In this document: piece by piece, positions 43,219 through 51,061 of the stretch
Layout of the letters: the number at the start of each line of letters is the position of its first letter
Position numbering within the stretch: the first letter of the stretch is position 1
Assembly: GCA_964354555.1 (NCBI GenBank)
Contig: CAYHAF010000001.1
Span: 1-51,061, forward strand
Length of the DNA: 51,061 nucleotides
Direction of reading: 5' to 3'
Source: an uncultured Candidatus Saccharibacteria bacterium
GTDB taxonomy: Bacteria > Patescibacteriota > Minisyncoccia > Minisyncoccales > JAHCRE01
Position numbers and translations under genes: made by a program
The notes under the pieces: generated by a model
Database searches by the model: none
Seen by the model: only the letters and a program-made list of their open reading frames with translations
What the model was told of the DNA's origin: nothing

Positions 43219-43968
43219 CTAACTAATTATTTTTATTATTTTAATGAATTCCTCAGGATTCAAGGAAGCACCGCCTACTATAAATCCATCTACTCTCGCA
43301 CTTTTAAAATAATCACCGACATTTTTACTGTTCAAGCTCCCACCATAAAGAATCCTCAAATTGCCTGAGATTTTATCAGAGTAAAGCTCCGATATTATCT
43401 TTTGGATTAATGCGACCATCTTCTTAGTTTCCTCTGACTTACATGGATTTCCGGTTCCGATGGCCCAAACGGGTTCATAGGCAATTACAATATCCTTTAT
43501 TTGGTCTACAGAGATTCCAATCAATCCTTTTTCTATTTGGATTGTTAAGACGCTCTCAGTTTCTCCTTCTTTTTTTTCTTTCTCTGTTTCTCCGATGCAG
43601 AAAATTGGCTTTAATCCTGCCGAAATCGCGGTTTTTATCTTTTTATTTATTATCTCATTAGTATCGCCAAAATGAATTCTTCTTTCCGAATGGCCTAAAA
43701 TCACATAATCACAGCTTAAATTTTTGAGCATAAATGGAGAAATTCCGCTAGTGAAGGCACCTGATTTTTCCCAGAAGCAATCCTGAGCACCAAGCTTAAT
43801 ACAAGATGACCCTGAGTTAACTGCGGGTAAAAATACAAAGGGTGGACAGATAACTGTCTCGGTATTTTTAATATTAGCTAACCCTTCTTTGACTGAATCA
43901 AAAAGCTGCTTCGCTTCAACCAAAGTTTGTGGATTCATCTTCCAATTTGCAACGATTAATGGTTTCAT
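43219..43968 (-). CDS. tpiA: triosephosphate isomerase
   Basis: 249 aa. ANWKMN, GHSERR and AYEPVWAIGTG motifs. Confidence 0.95.
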   Translation of the reverse strand: MKPLIVANWKMNPQTLVEAKQLFDSVKEGLANIKNTETVICPPFVFLPAVNSGSSCIKLGAQDCFWEKSGAFTSGISPFMLKNLSCDYVILGHSERRIHFGDTNEIINKKIKTAISAGLKPIFCIGETEKEKKEGETESVLTIQIEKGLIGISVDQIKDIVIAYEPVWAIGTGNPCKSEETKKMVALIQKIISELYSDKISGNLRILYGGSLNSKNVGDYFKSARVDGFIVGGASLNPEEFIKIIKIIS

Positions 43969-43971
43969 AAA

Positions 43972-44008
43972 TTATTCGTATATTTGTAGTTATTCGTAAT
44001 TCGTAGGG
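43972..44008. repeat. PE-G half element (three ATTCGTA units, one orientation only)
   Basis: ATTCGTA at 43974-43980, 43992-43998 and 43999-44005. Starts right after the galT-like stop and ends 3 nt before the tpiA ATG. Confidence 0.6.
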
Positions 44009-45106
44009 CTATTGTTTTCTTAAATATTCGGCGGCTTTTTCCGGCTCAATGGTTGAAATCTCCATTCGAGTTCCGATTTCAAATCCTGCCCAAACAGAAG
44101 TTTTTGGTAAAATTGTCCAATGCCAATGATAATAATCGTATTTTCTGCCATCGCATGGAGCAGTATGCAAATAAAAATTGTAAGCAGGATCGTTAAGGGC
44201 TTTAAAAATTTTACCTAAAGCTGCTTTAAAAGCTTGAGCCAGCTGCCATTTTTCTTTTTCGGTAATTTTTTCGAAATAAGGTAGGTGTTTTTTGGGTGAA
44301 ATTATCAGTTCAAAAGCTGATTTTGATGCAAAGGGACATAGGACTAAAAAATCTTTATTTTCAAAAACAATTCTTTTCTTTATCTTCTTTTCCCATTTAT
44401 CCATCTCACAATAAATGCATTTTTTTTCTCTTTTAAAATATCTCTTAGAATTGGAAAGGCCTCTGGTCAAATCAACATCAACCAAAGGAGTGGTGATGAT
44501 TTGGGAATGGGGATGAAATATGGAAGCCCCGGATTCTAAACCATGGTTATGAAATATTGAAATATGATTAACAAATGGTTTTACCATCAAATCTAAATAT
44601 CTCTGATGATAAATATCAATTACTTCCTTAACTTTTTCTAAACTAAGCAGAGCAAGTGATTTCTTATGATTCCTGGTAACAACTATCTCGTGAAAACCTG
44701 CGGCATTTATCGTTTCATAAAGATTGCCTTCTATTTTCTTGTCTAGCTTAGAAGATGGCAAAAAAGCGGGAAATTTATTCGTAATCGAAATAGTCGTCCA
44801 TTTTTTTTGTTCCTTCCCCCTGACCTTTTTCCCTCGAGAAAAAACTAATGTCGCATCTTTTATAATGTCTTTTTTGCAAAAAGGGCAGGTTTCTTTAGAA
44901 AATTCTTGGCTTACTTTTTTTTCTCTTCTAAAGGTTTCGGGTCTCCTCGCCCTGCCTGTAGCAATAACAACCCAGTCTTTTGAGATTAAATCAAGTCTAA
45001 GCTCTGAAGGAAACCTTACCCCGTTAAATACCCCGCCCTTCTGCGAAGGGCTGGGTCCCGCTTTGCGGGATTTAACAGGGTGAATTTTTTTAGGCTTTTT
45101 AGTCAT
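44009..45106 (-). CDS. galactose-1-phosphate uridylyltransferase-like (HIT superfamily)
   Basis: 365 aa. CPFC zinc motif and HPHSQI active-site motif. The first 30 or so codons are encoded by PE-E. Confidence 0.75.
   Translation of the reverse strand: MTKKPKKIHPVKSRKAGPSPSQKGGVFNGVRFPSELRLDLISKDWVVIATGRARRPETFRREKKVSQEFSKETCPFCKKDIIKDATLVFSRGKKVRGKEQKKWTTISITNKFPAFLPSSKLDKKIEGNLYETINAAGFHEIVVTRNHKKSLALLSLEKVKEVIDIYHQRYLDLMVKPFVNHISIFHNHGLESGASIFHPHSQIITTPLVDVDLTRGLSNSKRYFKREKKCIYCEMDKWEKKIKKRIVFENKDFLVLCPFASKSAFELIISPKKHLPYFEKITEKEKWQLAQAFKAALGKIFKALNDPAYNFYLHTAPCDGRKYDYYHWHWTILPKTSVWAGFEIGTRMEISTIEPEKAAEYLRKQ
45018..45081. repeat. PE-E element within the 5' coding end of the galT-like gene
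   Basis: ACCCCGTTAAAT / ATTTAACAGGGT arms. Inner hairpins ACCCCGCCCTTC..GAAGGGCTGGGT (PE-B-like, 45030-45056) and CCCGCTTTGCGGG. Confidence 0.75.
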
Positions 45107-45950
45107 ATTTATGCGTTATGAAATTCCATCTTATTTTAACTAAATCAAGAGCCATTTTAACCATGCTTTTAAATTTTACCTTGCTTTCCAAGTCATTTTT
45201 CCAAAAAATAGGAATTTCTTTTATCTTATATTTTAATTTTTTGGCAATTAATAAGACTTCGGTATCAAAAGAAAAACGCAAAATTTTACATTTCGGAAAA
45301 ATAGTTTCGGTTGCTTTTTTCGTAAAGCATTTAAAGCCGCATTGGCTATCCTGAATTTCCCATAAACCAACGATAATTTTTCTGACTAATTTAAAAACTT
45401 CCCCTGTAAATCTCCTTTGCCAAGGCTGGGGCGGATCTAAAACTGCTCCTTTTAAATCTCGAGAACCAATAACAATGTCAAAACCCTCCTTAAAATAAGG
45501 CCACATTTTTTCAATCTGTTCAAGAGGAGTTGAATTATCAGCATCAGTAAAAATGCGGTAATCACCTTTTGCCTCCAACATTCCTTGGTGGACTCCGAAC
45601 CCCTTGCCTCTTTTTTTAGGAAATTCAAGCAGTCTTAAGTTTTTAATGGTTCGATTCGGCTCACCATTAACCCTGAGCTCTGTCGAAGGGTTAATTTCTG
45701 TCATCAAATTTCTGACAACTTCGCAAGTTTTATCGGTGGAGCCATCAGAAACAACAAGAATTTCAGACTCATAATTCTGTTTTCTTAAGTATTTGTCTAT
45801 TTCTTTTAAAGTCCCAGTCAATCTTTTTTCTTCGTTATAAGCAGGGACAATAACGGAAAGATAAACCCCCACACCATAAGGAGCACTAGCGCCTTCGGCG
45901 CTAAAAGATGAATAATGTGCTCCTTTGGTGTGGGGGTAAATTTCTGACAT
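45099..45950 (-). CDS. family 2 glycosyltransferase (start uncertain: 45950 or GTG at 45872)
   Basis: 283 aa. SVIVPAYNEE and TDADN motifs. Codons 1-26 lie in a PE-A palindrome. Confidence 0.8.
   Translation of the reverse strand: MSEIYPHTKGAHYSSFSAEGASAPYGVGVYLSVIVPAYNEEKRLTGTLKEIDKYLRKQNYESEILVVSDGSTDKTCEVVRNLMTEINPSTELRVNGEPNRTIKNLRLLEFPKKRGKGFGVHQGMLEAKGDYRIFTDADNSTPLEQIEKMWPYFKEGFDIVIGSRDLKGAVLDPPQPWQRRFTGEVFKLVRKIIVGLWEIQDSQCGFKCFTKKATETIFPKCKILRFSFDTEVLLIAKKLKYKIKEIPIFWKNDLESKVKFKSMVKMALDLVKIRWNFITHKYD
45866..45936. repeat. PE-A clamp element at the GT2 gene start
   Basis: CCCCCACACCATAAGGAGCAC / GTGCTCCTTTGGTGTGGGGG with inner hairpin TAGCGCC/GGCGCTA. Confidence 0.8.
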
Positions 45951-45963
45951 ATTAAATTATTTT

Positions 45964-46029
45964 ACCCCGTTAGAAACTTAAAAGCAACGATAGAAAAAAT
46001 GTAATCTTATAAGAAATTTCTAACGGGGT
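45964..46029. repeat. hairpin ACCCCGTTAGAAA / TTTCTAACGGGGT (PE-D)
   Basis: 13-bp arms, 40-nt AT-rich loop, between map and the GT2 gene. Confidence 0.6.
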
Positions 46030-46094
46030 TTACCACAAATCTTAAAACAAAAAAAACGGCGCTCATTTTTGGAATACCCAGCAGAGAAGTTTAT

Positions 46095-46889
46095 TTAATT
46101 ATTTGTTAATATTTCAGCTCCTTTTTTTGTCACTGCTATCGTGTGCTCAAAATGGGCTGATAAAGAATCATCAAAAGTCTGGTAACCCCACCCGTCTTTG
46201 GCTCTTTTTATTGTCGGGTCTCCGATTGCCACCATTGGCTCTAAACACAAAACCATCCCTTCTTTTATTTCAGGGCCCGATCCTTTTTTTCCGAAATTCA
46301 AAATTTGGGGATCTTCGTGCAGCTCCCTACCAATTCCATGGCCGCACAAATCCCTGACAACTTCAAAACCCTGGCTCTCAACAAATTTCTGAATAGCGCT
46401 TTCAATATCACCCAAGTGGTTTCCGGATTTAATTTCTGCTATCCCTCGTTTCAACGCCTTTTTTGTTACCCTAATCAATCTTTGGGCTTCCGGAGATATT
46501 TTTCCCACCGGAACCGTAATTGCCATATCGGTATGAAAACCTTCAACTTGCCCTGAGCTTGTCGAAGGGTAAAAAATTCCCAAGTCCAAGGAAATAATTT
46601 CACCTTCTTTTAAAATTCTATCTGAGGGCAAGCAATGAACAATTTCTTCATTAATTGAAGTGCATAAACTTGCAGGATAAGGATCTAAAATACCATCTTT
46701 TCGATTGGTATAACCCTTAAAAGATGGCTTGGCCCCATAATTAAAAATCAGGCTCTCTGCGAGCCCGTCTAATTCTTTGGTAGCAATTCCTGGCTTAACT
46801 ACTTTTTCCAATTCTTTCATAATCTTTGCCAGTATTTTTCCGCCTTCTCTCATTATTTCTATTTCCTTTTGATTTTTTAGAGGAATCAT
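46095..46889 (-). CDS. map: methionine aminopeptidase type I
   Basis: 264 aa, MetAP metal-ligand pattern. Carries the PE-H insert PSTSSGQV. Confidence 0.95.
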   Translation of the reverse strand: MIPLKNQKEIEIMREGGKILAKIMKELEKVVKPGIATKELDGLAESLIFNYGAKPSFKGYTNRKDGILDPYPASLCTSINEEIVHCLPSDRILKEGEIISLDLGIFYPSTSSGQVEGFHTDMAITVPVGKISPEAQRLIRVTKKALKRGIAEIKSGNHLGDIESAIQKFVESQGFEVVRDLCGHGIGRELHEDPQILNFGKKGSGPEIKEGMVLCLEPMVAIGDPTIKRAKDGWGYQTFDDSLSAHFEHTIAVTKKGAEILTNN

Positions 46890-46894
46890 TAAAA

Positions 46895-47557
46895 CTATTT
46901 TATTTTTTTCAAAATTTCTTTAAAAACGTTTTCAATGCTTTGCTCTCCATTTATTTTTATGACTCTGCCCTGTTTTTTATAATAATTTATTACGGGCACT
47001 ATATGTTCTTCAAATTCTTCCAATCTTTTTCTTATAGCACTTGGTTTATCATCGGGTCTAAAAATAAGTTCGCCGCCGCATTTATGACACTTATTAATAT
47101 TTTTAAACTCCCCAAACCAGGGAATTAGTTCTCCGCATTTTTTACATTGCCTTCTTTTAGTTAAACGATCAAGAGCTACTTTTTCTGAAATATCTACCAG
47201 AATAAATTTTGTATTTTCTTCCCAATCATACCACCTTAAAGCTATATCTAAAATTTTTGCTTCTAACATAAATCTTGGACCACCATCATAAATCCATCCC
47301 TTAAAATTTCTTTTTTTCTTAAACTCTTCAAGTTTATCCATCCAAATTTTACAGACGATTGAGGGAGGAACCCATTCTCCTCTATTCATAACCTCTGCAA
47401 GTTTCCTGCCGGTAAAATCGCTTACTTTTTGGCGCTGGCGAAGAGCTTCTCCGCTGCTAAAATGCTCCAGTTTAAATCTCTCGGCAAGTAAATCAGCCTG
47501 AGTTCCCTTTCCCGAACCTGCCCGACCAAAAATAATTATAGAAAGTGGAGTTCTCAT
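46895..47557 (-). CDS. adk: adenylate kinase (zinc-lid type)
   Basis: 220 aa. GRAGSGKGTQ P-loop and CKKCGE...CHKCGGE lid. Confidence 0.9.
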   Translation of the reverse strand: MRTPLSIIIFGRAGSGKGTQADLLAERFKLEHFSSGEALRQRQKVSDFTGRKLAEVMNRGEWVPPSIVCKIWMDKLEEFKKKRNFKGWIYDGGPRFMLEAKILDIALRWYDWEENTKFILVDISEKVALDRLTKRRQCKKCGELIPWFGEFKNINKCHKCGGELIFRPDDKPSAIRKRLEEFEEHIVPVINYYKKQGRVIKINGEQSIENVFKEILKKIK

Positions 47558-47624
47558 ACAGATTTAAGATTAAAGATTTAGGATTAAAGTAAACTTAAAT
47601 TTTTCAACTTAAATTATTTAGTCT

Positions 47625-48911
47625 CTAGAATGTCTCGTATTCCCGCATTTCTAATTGGGCATTTATTTGTTTTACGGTTTCCAAAACAACGTTAACCAAG
47701 ATCAACAAACTTGTGCCTCCAACTAAAAACTTGAAGGCTAATATATGTGTTAAATTCCCGATAATTGTCGGCATCAGAGCTATTAATGCTAAAAATAAAG
47801 CTCCGATTGGCAGGATTCGGTTCAAAGTATGGGACAAAAATTGGGCAGTGGAAACCCCCGGCCTTATTCCAGGGATAAATCCGCCTGATTTTTGCAAATT
47901 CTCAGAAACGTTTTCAGGATCAAAGGCAATCATCGTGTAGAAAAAAGTGAAAAGAAAAACTAAGAAAAACTCAAGCCCTCCATAAACCCAGGGGTTCTCA
48001 AAAAAATTACTAACGCTGACCGCAATAGTTCCTATCTTTCCTTCAAATCCTCTCAAAAAACCTGCGATCATTGCCGGAAAGCTTAAAATAGATAAGGCAA
48101 AAATCACAGGCATTACTCCTGCCGGATTAATATTTAAAGGCAAATAAGTAGAGACGCCTCCGTACATCTTAGATCCCCTGACTCTTTTAGCATAAGAAAC
48201 AGGAATATTGCGCCTGGCTTCGTTTACTACTACAACGCCAATTAGAATAAACAATGCCATTACTAAAAAAAGAAAATAAGAATATGTAGGATTGCCGCCA
48301 GACTTAACCATATTATATATTGCGCCTGCGTTAGTAGGGAAATCAGCAATAATTCCGGCGAAAATCAAAAGCGAAGTTCCCTCTCCTATTCCTTTTTCAG
48401 AAATTAGTTCCCCAAGCCACATTAAAAAAATAGCTCCAGCTGTAACGGTTACAACGGAATTAAATATTGAAAATCGGGAAAGATGTCCAATGACTCCCTG
48501 CCTCTGAAATAAAACCAGCATCCCATAAGCATTAAGCGCGGCTAAAGGAACAGTTAAGATTCTTCCATACTGATTGAATTTCTGGCGGCCGGCTTCTCCT
48601 TCTTCGCGGTACATTCTTTCCAACTGGGGAAAAATCATTGTTAAAAGCTGTAAAATAACAGTTGAGGTAATATAAGGACCTAATCCCAGCATAACTATAG
48701 AAAATTTATCCAAAGCACCTCCTGTAAAAACATTTAAAACGCCGAAAGTTTTAAATTGCTCAAAGAAAAGCTTTGCCATCTCTTTATTTGTTATAATGCC
48801 TGGAATTGGTATATTAGCCATTAGTCTAAAAACGGCAAATACAAAAAGAATAAAGAGAATTTTATTTCTTAAATCACGAATTTTAAAAACTTGTATTGCT
48901 TTTTCAAACAT
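47625..48911 (-). CDS. secY: preprotein translocase SecY
   Basis: 428 aa, 10-TM SecY sequence. Confidence 0.95.
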   Translation of the reverse strand: MFEKAIQVFKIRDLRNKILFILFVFAVFRLMANIPIPGIITNKEMAKLFFEQFKTFGVLNVFTGGALDKFSIVMLGLGPYITSTVILQLLTMIFPQLERMYREEGEAGRQKFNQYGRILTVPLAALNAYGMLVLFQRQGVIGHLSRFSIFNSVVTVTAGAIFLMWLGELISEKGIGEGTSLLIFAGIIADFPTNAGAIYNMVKSGGNPTYSYFLFLVMALFILIGVVVVNEARRNIPVSYAKRVRGSKMYGGVSTYLPLNINPAGVMPVIFALSILSFPAMIAGFLRGFEGKIGTIAVSVSNFFENPWVYGGLEFFLVFLFTFFYTMIAFDPENVSENLQKSGGFIPGIRPGVSTAQFLSHTLNRILPIGALFLALIALMPTIIGNLTHILAFKFLVGGTSLLILVNVVLETVKQINAQLEMREYETF

Positions 48912-48923
48912 AATTTAGAATTT

Positions 48924-49388
48924 TCATTTTTTTATCTTTCCACCTGCTTTTTCAATTTTTTCTTTCGCCTCTTTGGAAACCAAGCAATCCTCAATTATCA
49001 GCGCCTTTTTTATTTCTCCCTTCCCTAAGATTTTCACTTTTGGCATCCTTCCTTCTATTTTACGGATTAATCTTTTTTCTAACAAGATCTGGGGGCTAAT
49101 TTTAATTTCCATTTTTTCCCCTTTTTTGCTATCGTCTCCAACAAAAAACCTTTTTTCAATATCTCTGACATTGATTACTGCCGGCTCTGGCCAGTCTTTT
49201 TTAAATCTATAGCCTCTCAATTTTGGGTATCTTTTAATCAGACTGCGAATAAAGGGCTCGAAATTATGACCGGATCTTGCCCTCTGGCCTTTTACCCCTT
49301 TCCCAGAATAAGCTCCTTTCTTTCCTCCTCTGCCAATTGTCCTTCTCTTTTTTGATTTATGCCTTGGTTTTAATTCATTTAGCTGCAT
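48924..49388 (-). CDS. rplO: 50S ribosomal protein L15
   Basis: 154 aa. GRGGKKGAYSGKGVKGQRARSG. Confidence 0.95.
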   Translation of the reverse strand: MQLNELKPRHKSKKRRTIGRGGKKGAYSGKGVKGQRARSGHNFEPFIRSLIKRYPKLRGYRFKKDWPEPAVINVRDIEKRFFVGDDSKKGEKMEIKISPQILLEKRLIRKIEGRMPKVKILGKGEIKKALIIEDCLVSKEAKEKIEKAGGKIKK

Positions 49389-49881
49389 AATTTTTTTTCA
49401 ATTTTTTAAAGGCTGCAATTGTTGCCCGGCCATTATTCAATTTATTTCCTGTTCTGCCCAAAATCTTTGAAGAGACATTCTTTATTCCTGCTAAATTGCA
49501 AATCACTCTGACGGTTCCGCCAGCCACCAAACCCCTACCTTTTCTTTGAGGTTTTAATAAAACTTCGGCTGGGCCGTATTTAGCATAGGTTTCGTGTGGT
49601 ATGGTTTCATTAATAATCGGGACTTCAATAAGATTTTTCTTTGCTGACCTTGTTGCCTTTTCTATTGCCTGAGCGACATCCAAGCCCTTTCCCACTCCCA
49701 AGCCCACCTTCCCGGTTTTGTTGCCGGCAACTATTATTGCTCGGAAGCTCATTTTTTTCCCACCGGCCCGAACATGCACAACTCTGGCCAAATCTAAAAG
49801 TTTAGTGTCGAATTCATCTTTCACTTCCGGGGTTCTTCTTGAAGAAAATCTACTTGGTCTCCTGAATCTTGTTTCTTCCAT
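49375..49881 (-). CDS. rpsE: 30S ribosomal protein S5
   Basis: 168 aa. Overlaps rplO by 14 nt, with no L30 gene between them. Confidence 0.95.
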   Translation of the reverse strand: MEETRFRRPSRFSSRRTPEVKDEFDTKLLDLARVVHVRAGGKKMSFRAIIVAGNKTGKVGLGVGKGLDVAQAIEKATRSAKKNLIEVPIINETIPHETYAKYGPAEVLLKPQRKGRGLVAGGTVRVICNLAGIKNVSSKILGRTGNKLNNGRATIAAFKKLKKNYAAK

Positions 49882-49898
49882 GTTTGTTTTTGTTTAAA

Positions 49899-50288
49899 TT
49901 AAAACTTTAGTCCGCCTTTTCTTGCCCCATCAGCTAAAGCCTTTACCCTTCCATGATATTTATAACCCCCCCTATCAAAAACTACTCTCTCAATTTTGTT
50001 TTTTAAGGCCTTTTGGGCGATTAATTGACCCACCTCATAAGCCAAAGCAACTTTAGCTGATAACTTCCCCTCTTTTTCTGAATTTATTTTTTCAGTCTTA
50101 GGTTTTTTTATTTCCTTATCGCTTGCTACTAAAATTGTGCTATTTTTTTCATCATTAATCAAAGTGGCATAAATATGCTGATTTGAGCGGAAAACACAAA
50201 GACGAGGTTTTTGAACTGTGCCTGAAACTTTAGCCCTAACCCTGAGGTGGCGCCTAGCTCTTGTTTCTTTTTTTATTTTATTTTCCAT
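49899..50288 (-). CDS. rplR: 50S ribosomal protein L18
   Basis: 129 aa, L18 family. Confidence 0.95.
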   Translation of the reverse strand: MENKIKKETRARRHLRVRAKVSGTVQKPRLCVFRSNQHIYATLINDEKNSTILVASDKEIKKPKTEKINSEKEGKLSAKVALAYEVGQLIAQKALKNKIERVVFDRGGYKYHGRVKALADGARKGGLKF

Positions 50289-50306
50289 TTTTAAAATTGG
50301 GTAATC

Positions 50307-50867
50307 TTAAGTGGTTGCAACAACCTTTTTACCTTCTTTTCTCTTTACAACTTCTCCAGAATATCTGATTCCTTTTCCTTTATATGGTTCTGGCGGCTGA
50401 ACCCTTCTTATTTCGGAAGCTAACTGGGAAACAACTTCTTTATCAATTCCTGAAACGATAATGGTATTTTTCTCAATTGAGAATTTAGTTCCTGGTTGAG
50501 CTTTAATTTTAACCAGGTGAGAAAACCCGACTTTCAGGCTTAAATCCTGGCCCTCTAAAACTGCTTTATATCCAATACCTTCTATTTCTAACCTCTTTTC
50601 GTGCCCTTTAGTCACTCCTTCAACCATTCCGAATATTAAAGCCCTTGTTAGCCCCAGGAAAGCTTTTACTCTTTTAGACTCTTGCTTGCGAAGTCTGACG
50701 TTTTTTGCTAAAACAAAAATCTGGCCGTCTTTTATTTCTATTTCAAATTCGGGTCTTATTATTCTTTCTAAGCTCCCTTTTGGACCAGAAATCAAAACTT
50801 TTTGATCCTGGGTTTCTACTTTCACGCCTTCCGGTATTAAAATTGGTTTTTTTCCTATTCTGCTCAT
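50307..50867 (-). CDS. rplF: 50S ribosomal protein L6
   Basis: 186 aa. MSRIGKKPI N-terminus. Confidence 0.95.
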   Translation of the reverse strand: MSRIGKKPILIPEGVKVETQDQKVLISGPKGSLERIIRPEFEIEIKDGQIFVLAKNVRLRKQESKRVKAFLGLTRALIFGMVEGVTKGHEKRLEIEGIGYKAVLEGQDLSLKVGFSHLVKIKAQPGTKFSIEKNTIIVSGIDKEVVSQLASEIRRVQPPEPYKGKGIRYSGEVVKRKEGKKVVATT

Positions 50868-50873
50868 ATTATT

Positions 50874-50982
50874 CCCTATTAATTACGAATATTTACGAAT
50901 CTACGAATAATTTATGTTAAACTTTTTCTTGGGGGACGAATTAAATAGATTCGCATATTCGTAGTGATTCGTAATTCGTAGG
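50874..50982. repeat. PE-G TACGAAT/ATTCGTA palindrome between rpsH and rplF
   Basis: Left arm 50874-50909, right arm 50949-50982. Starts at the rpsH stop and ends at TAGGGAATAATATG of rplF. Confidence 0.75.
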
Positions 50983-50985
50983 ATG

Positions 50986-51061
50986 TTACCAAACTTCAAG
51001 AATAATCTCTCCTCCTAATCTTTTCTTTCTCGCTTCTTTATTGGTCATCAAACCCTTAGGA
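50986..51061 (-). CDS. rpsH: 30S ribosomal protein S8 (C-terminal fragment; 5' end beyond window)
   Basis: Manual translation ends ...GGEIILEVW-stop. Position upstream of rplF. Confidence 0.8.
   Translation of the reverse strand, partial: PKGLMTNKEARKKRLGGEIILEVW

Overview
AT-rich, gene-dense bacterial window coded almost entirely on the minus strand. The proteins are small. There is a bacterial rplF-rplR-rpsE-rplO-secY-adk-map ... infA-rpmJ-rpsM-rpsK-rpsD-rpoA-rplQ-rplM-rpsI arrangement that lacks rpmD (L30). This profile fits a Candidate Phyla Radiation/Patescibacteria-type genome (inference). Housekeeping content: prfB (with the classic CTT-TGA-C +1 frameshift, so UGA is a stop), lepA, murJ, RNase P RNA, rnhA, pgk, gatCA, two mreB paralogs, proS, rseP, frr, holB, murA, alaS, tpiA, plus 5 clear tRNAs. 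One autonomous IS (IS481-like, 16-bp IRs) is present. The unusual signal is RNA/DNA-level rather than protein-level. The window is littered with GC-rich palindromic elements (PE) that stand out from the AT-rich background. I group them by arm sequence: PE-A CCCCCACACC/GGTGTGGGGG; PE-B CCCCGCCCTCTAAGC/GCATAGAGGGCGGGG; PE-C CCYRGTAGWRGAAATTNGAC; PE-E CCCYGTTAAAT...CCCGCTTTGCGGGATTTAACAGGG; PE-F CCCGCCAAAATTT; PE-G TACGAAT arrays; PE-H a hairpin with conserved loop GAGCTTGTCGA. They sit inside each other, in intergenic spacers abutting start and stop codons, in-frame inside essential ORFs (prfB, alaS, map, a GT2 gene), inside the RNase P RNA gene, and inside tRNA genes. At two loci the result is a nested arrangement: an intact tRNA sits inside a palindrome, that palindrome sits inside a split tRNA-like gene, and this in turn sits inside another palindrome within a further split tRNA-like gene. 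No CRISPR array or rRNA was seen.
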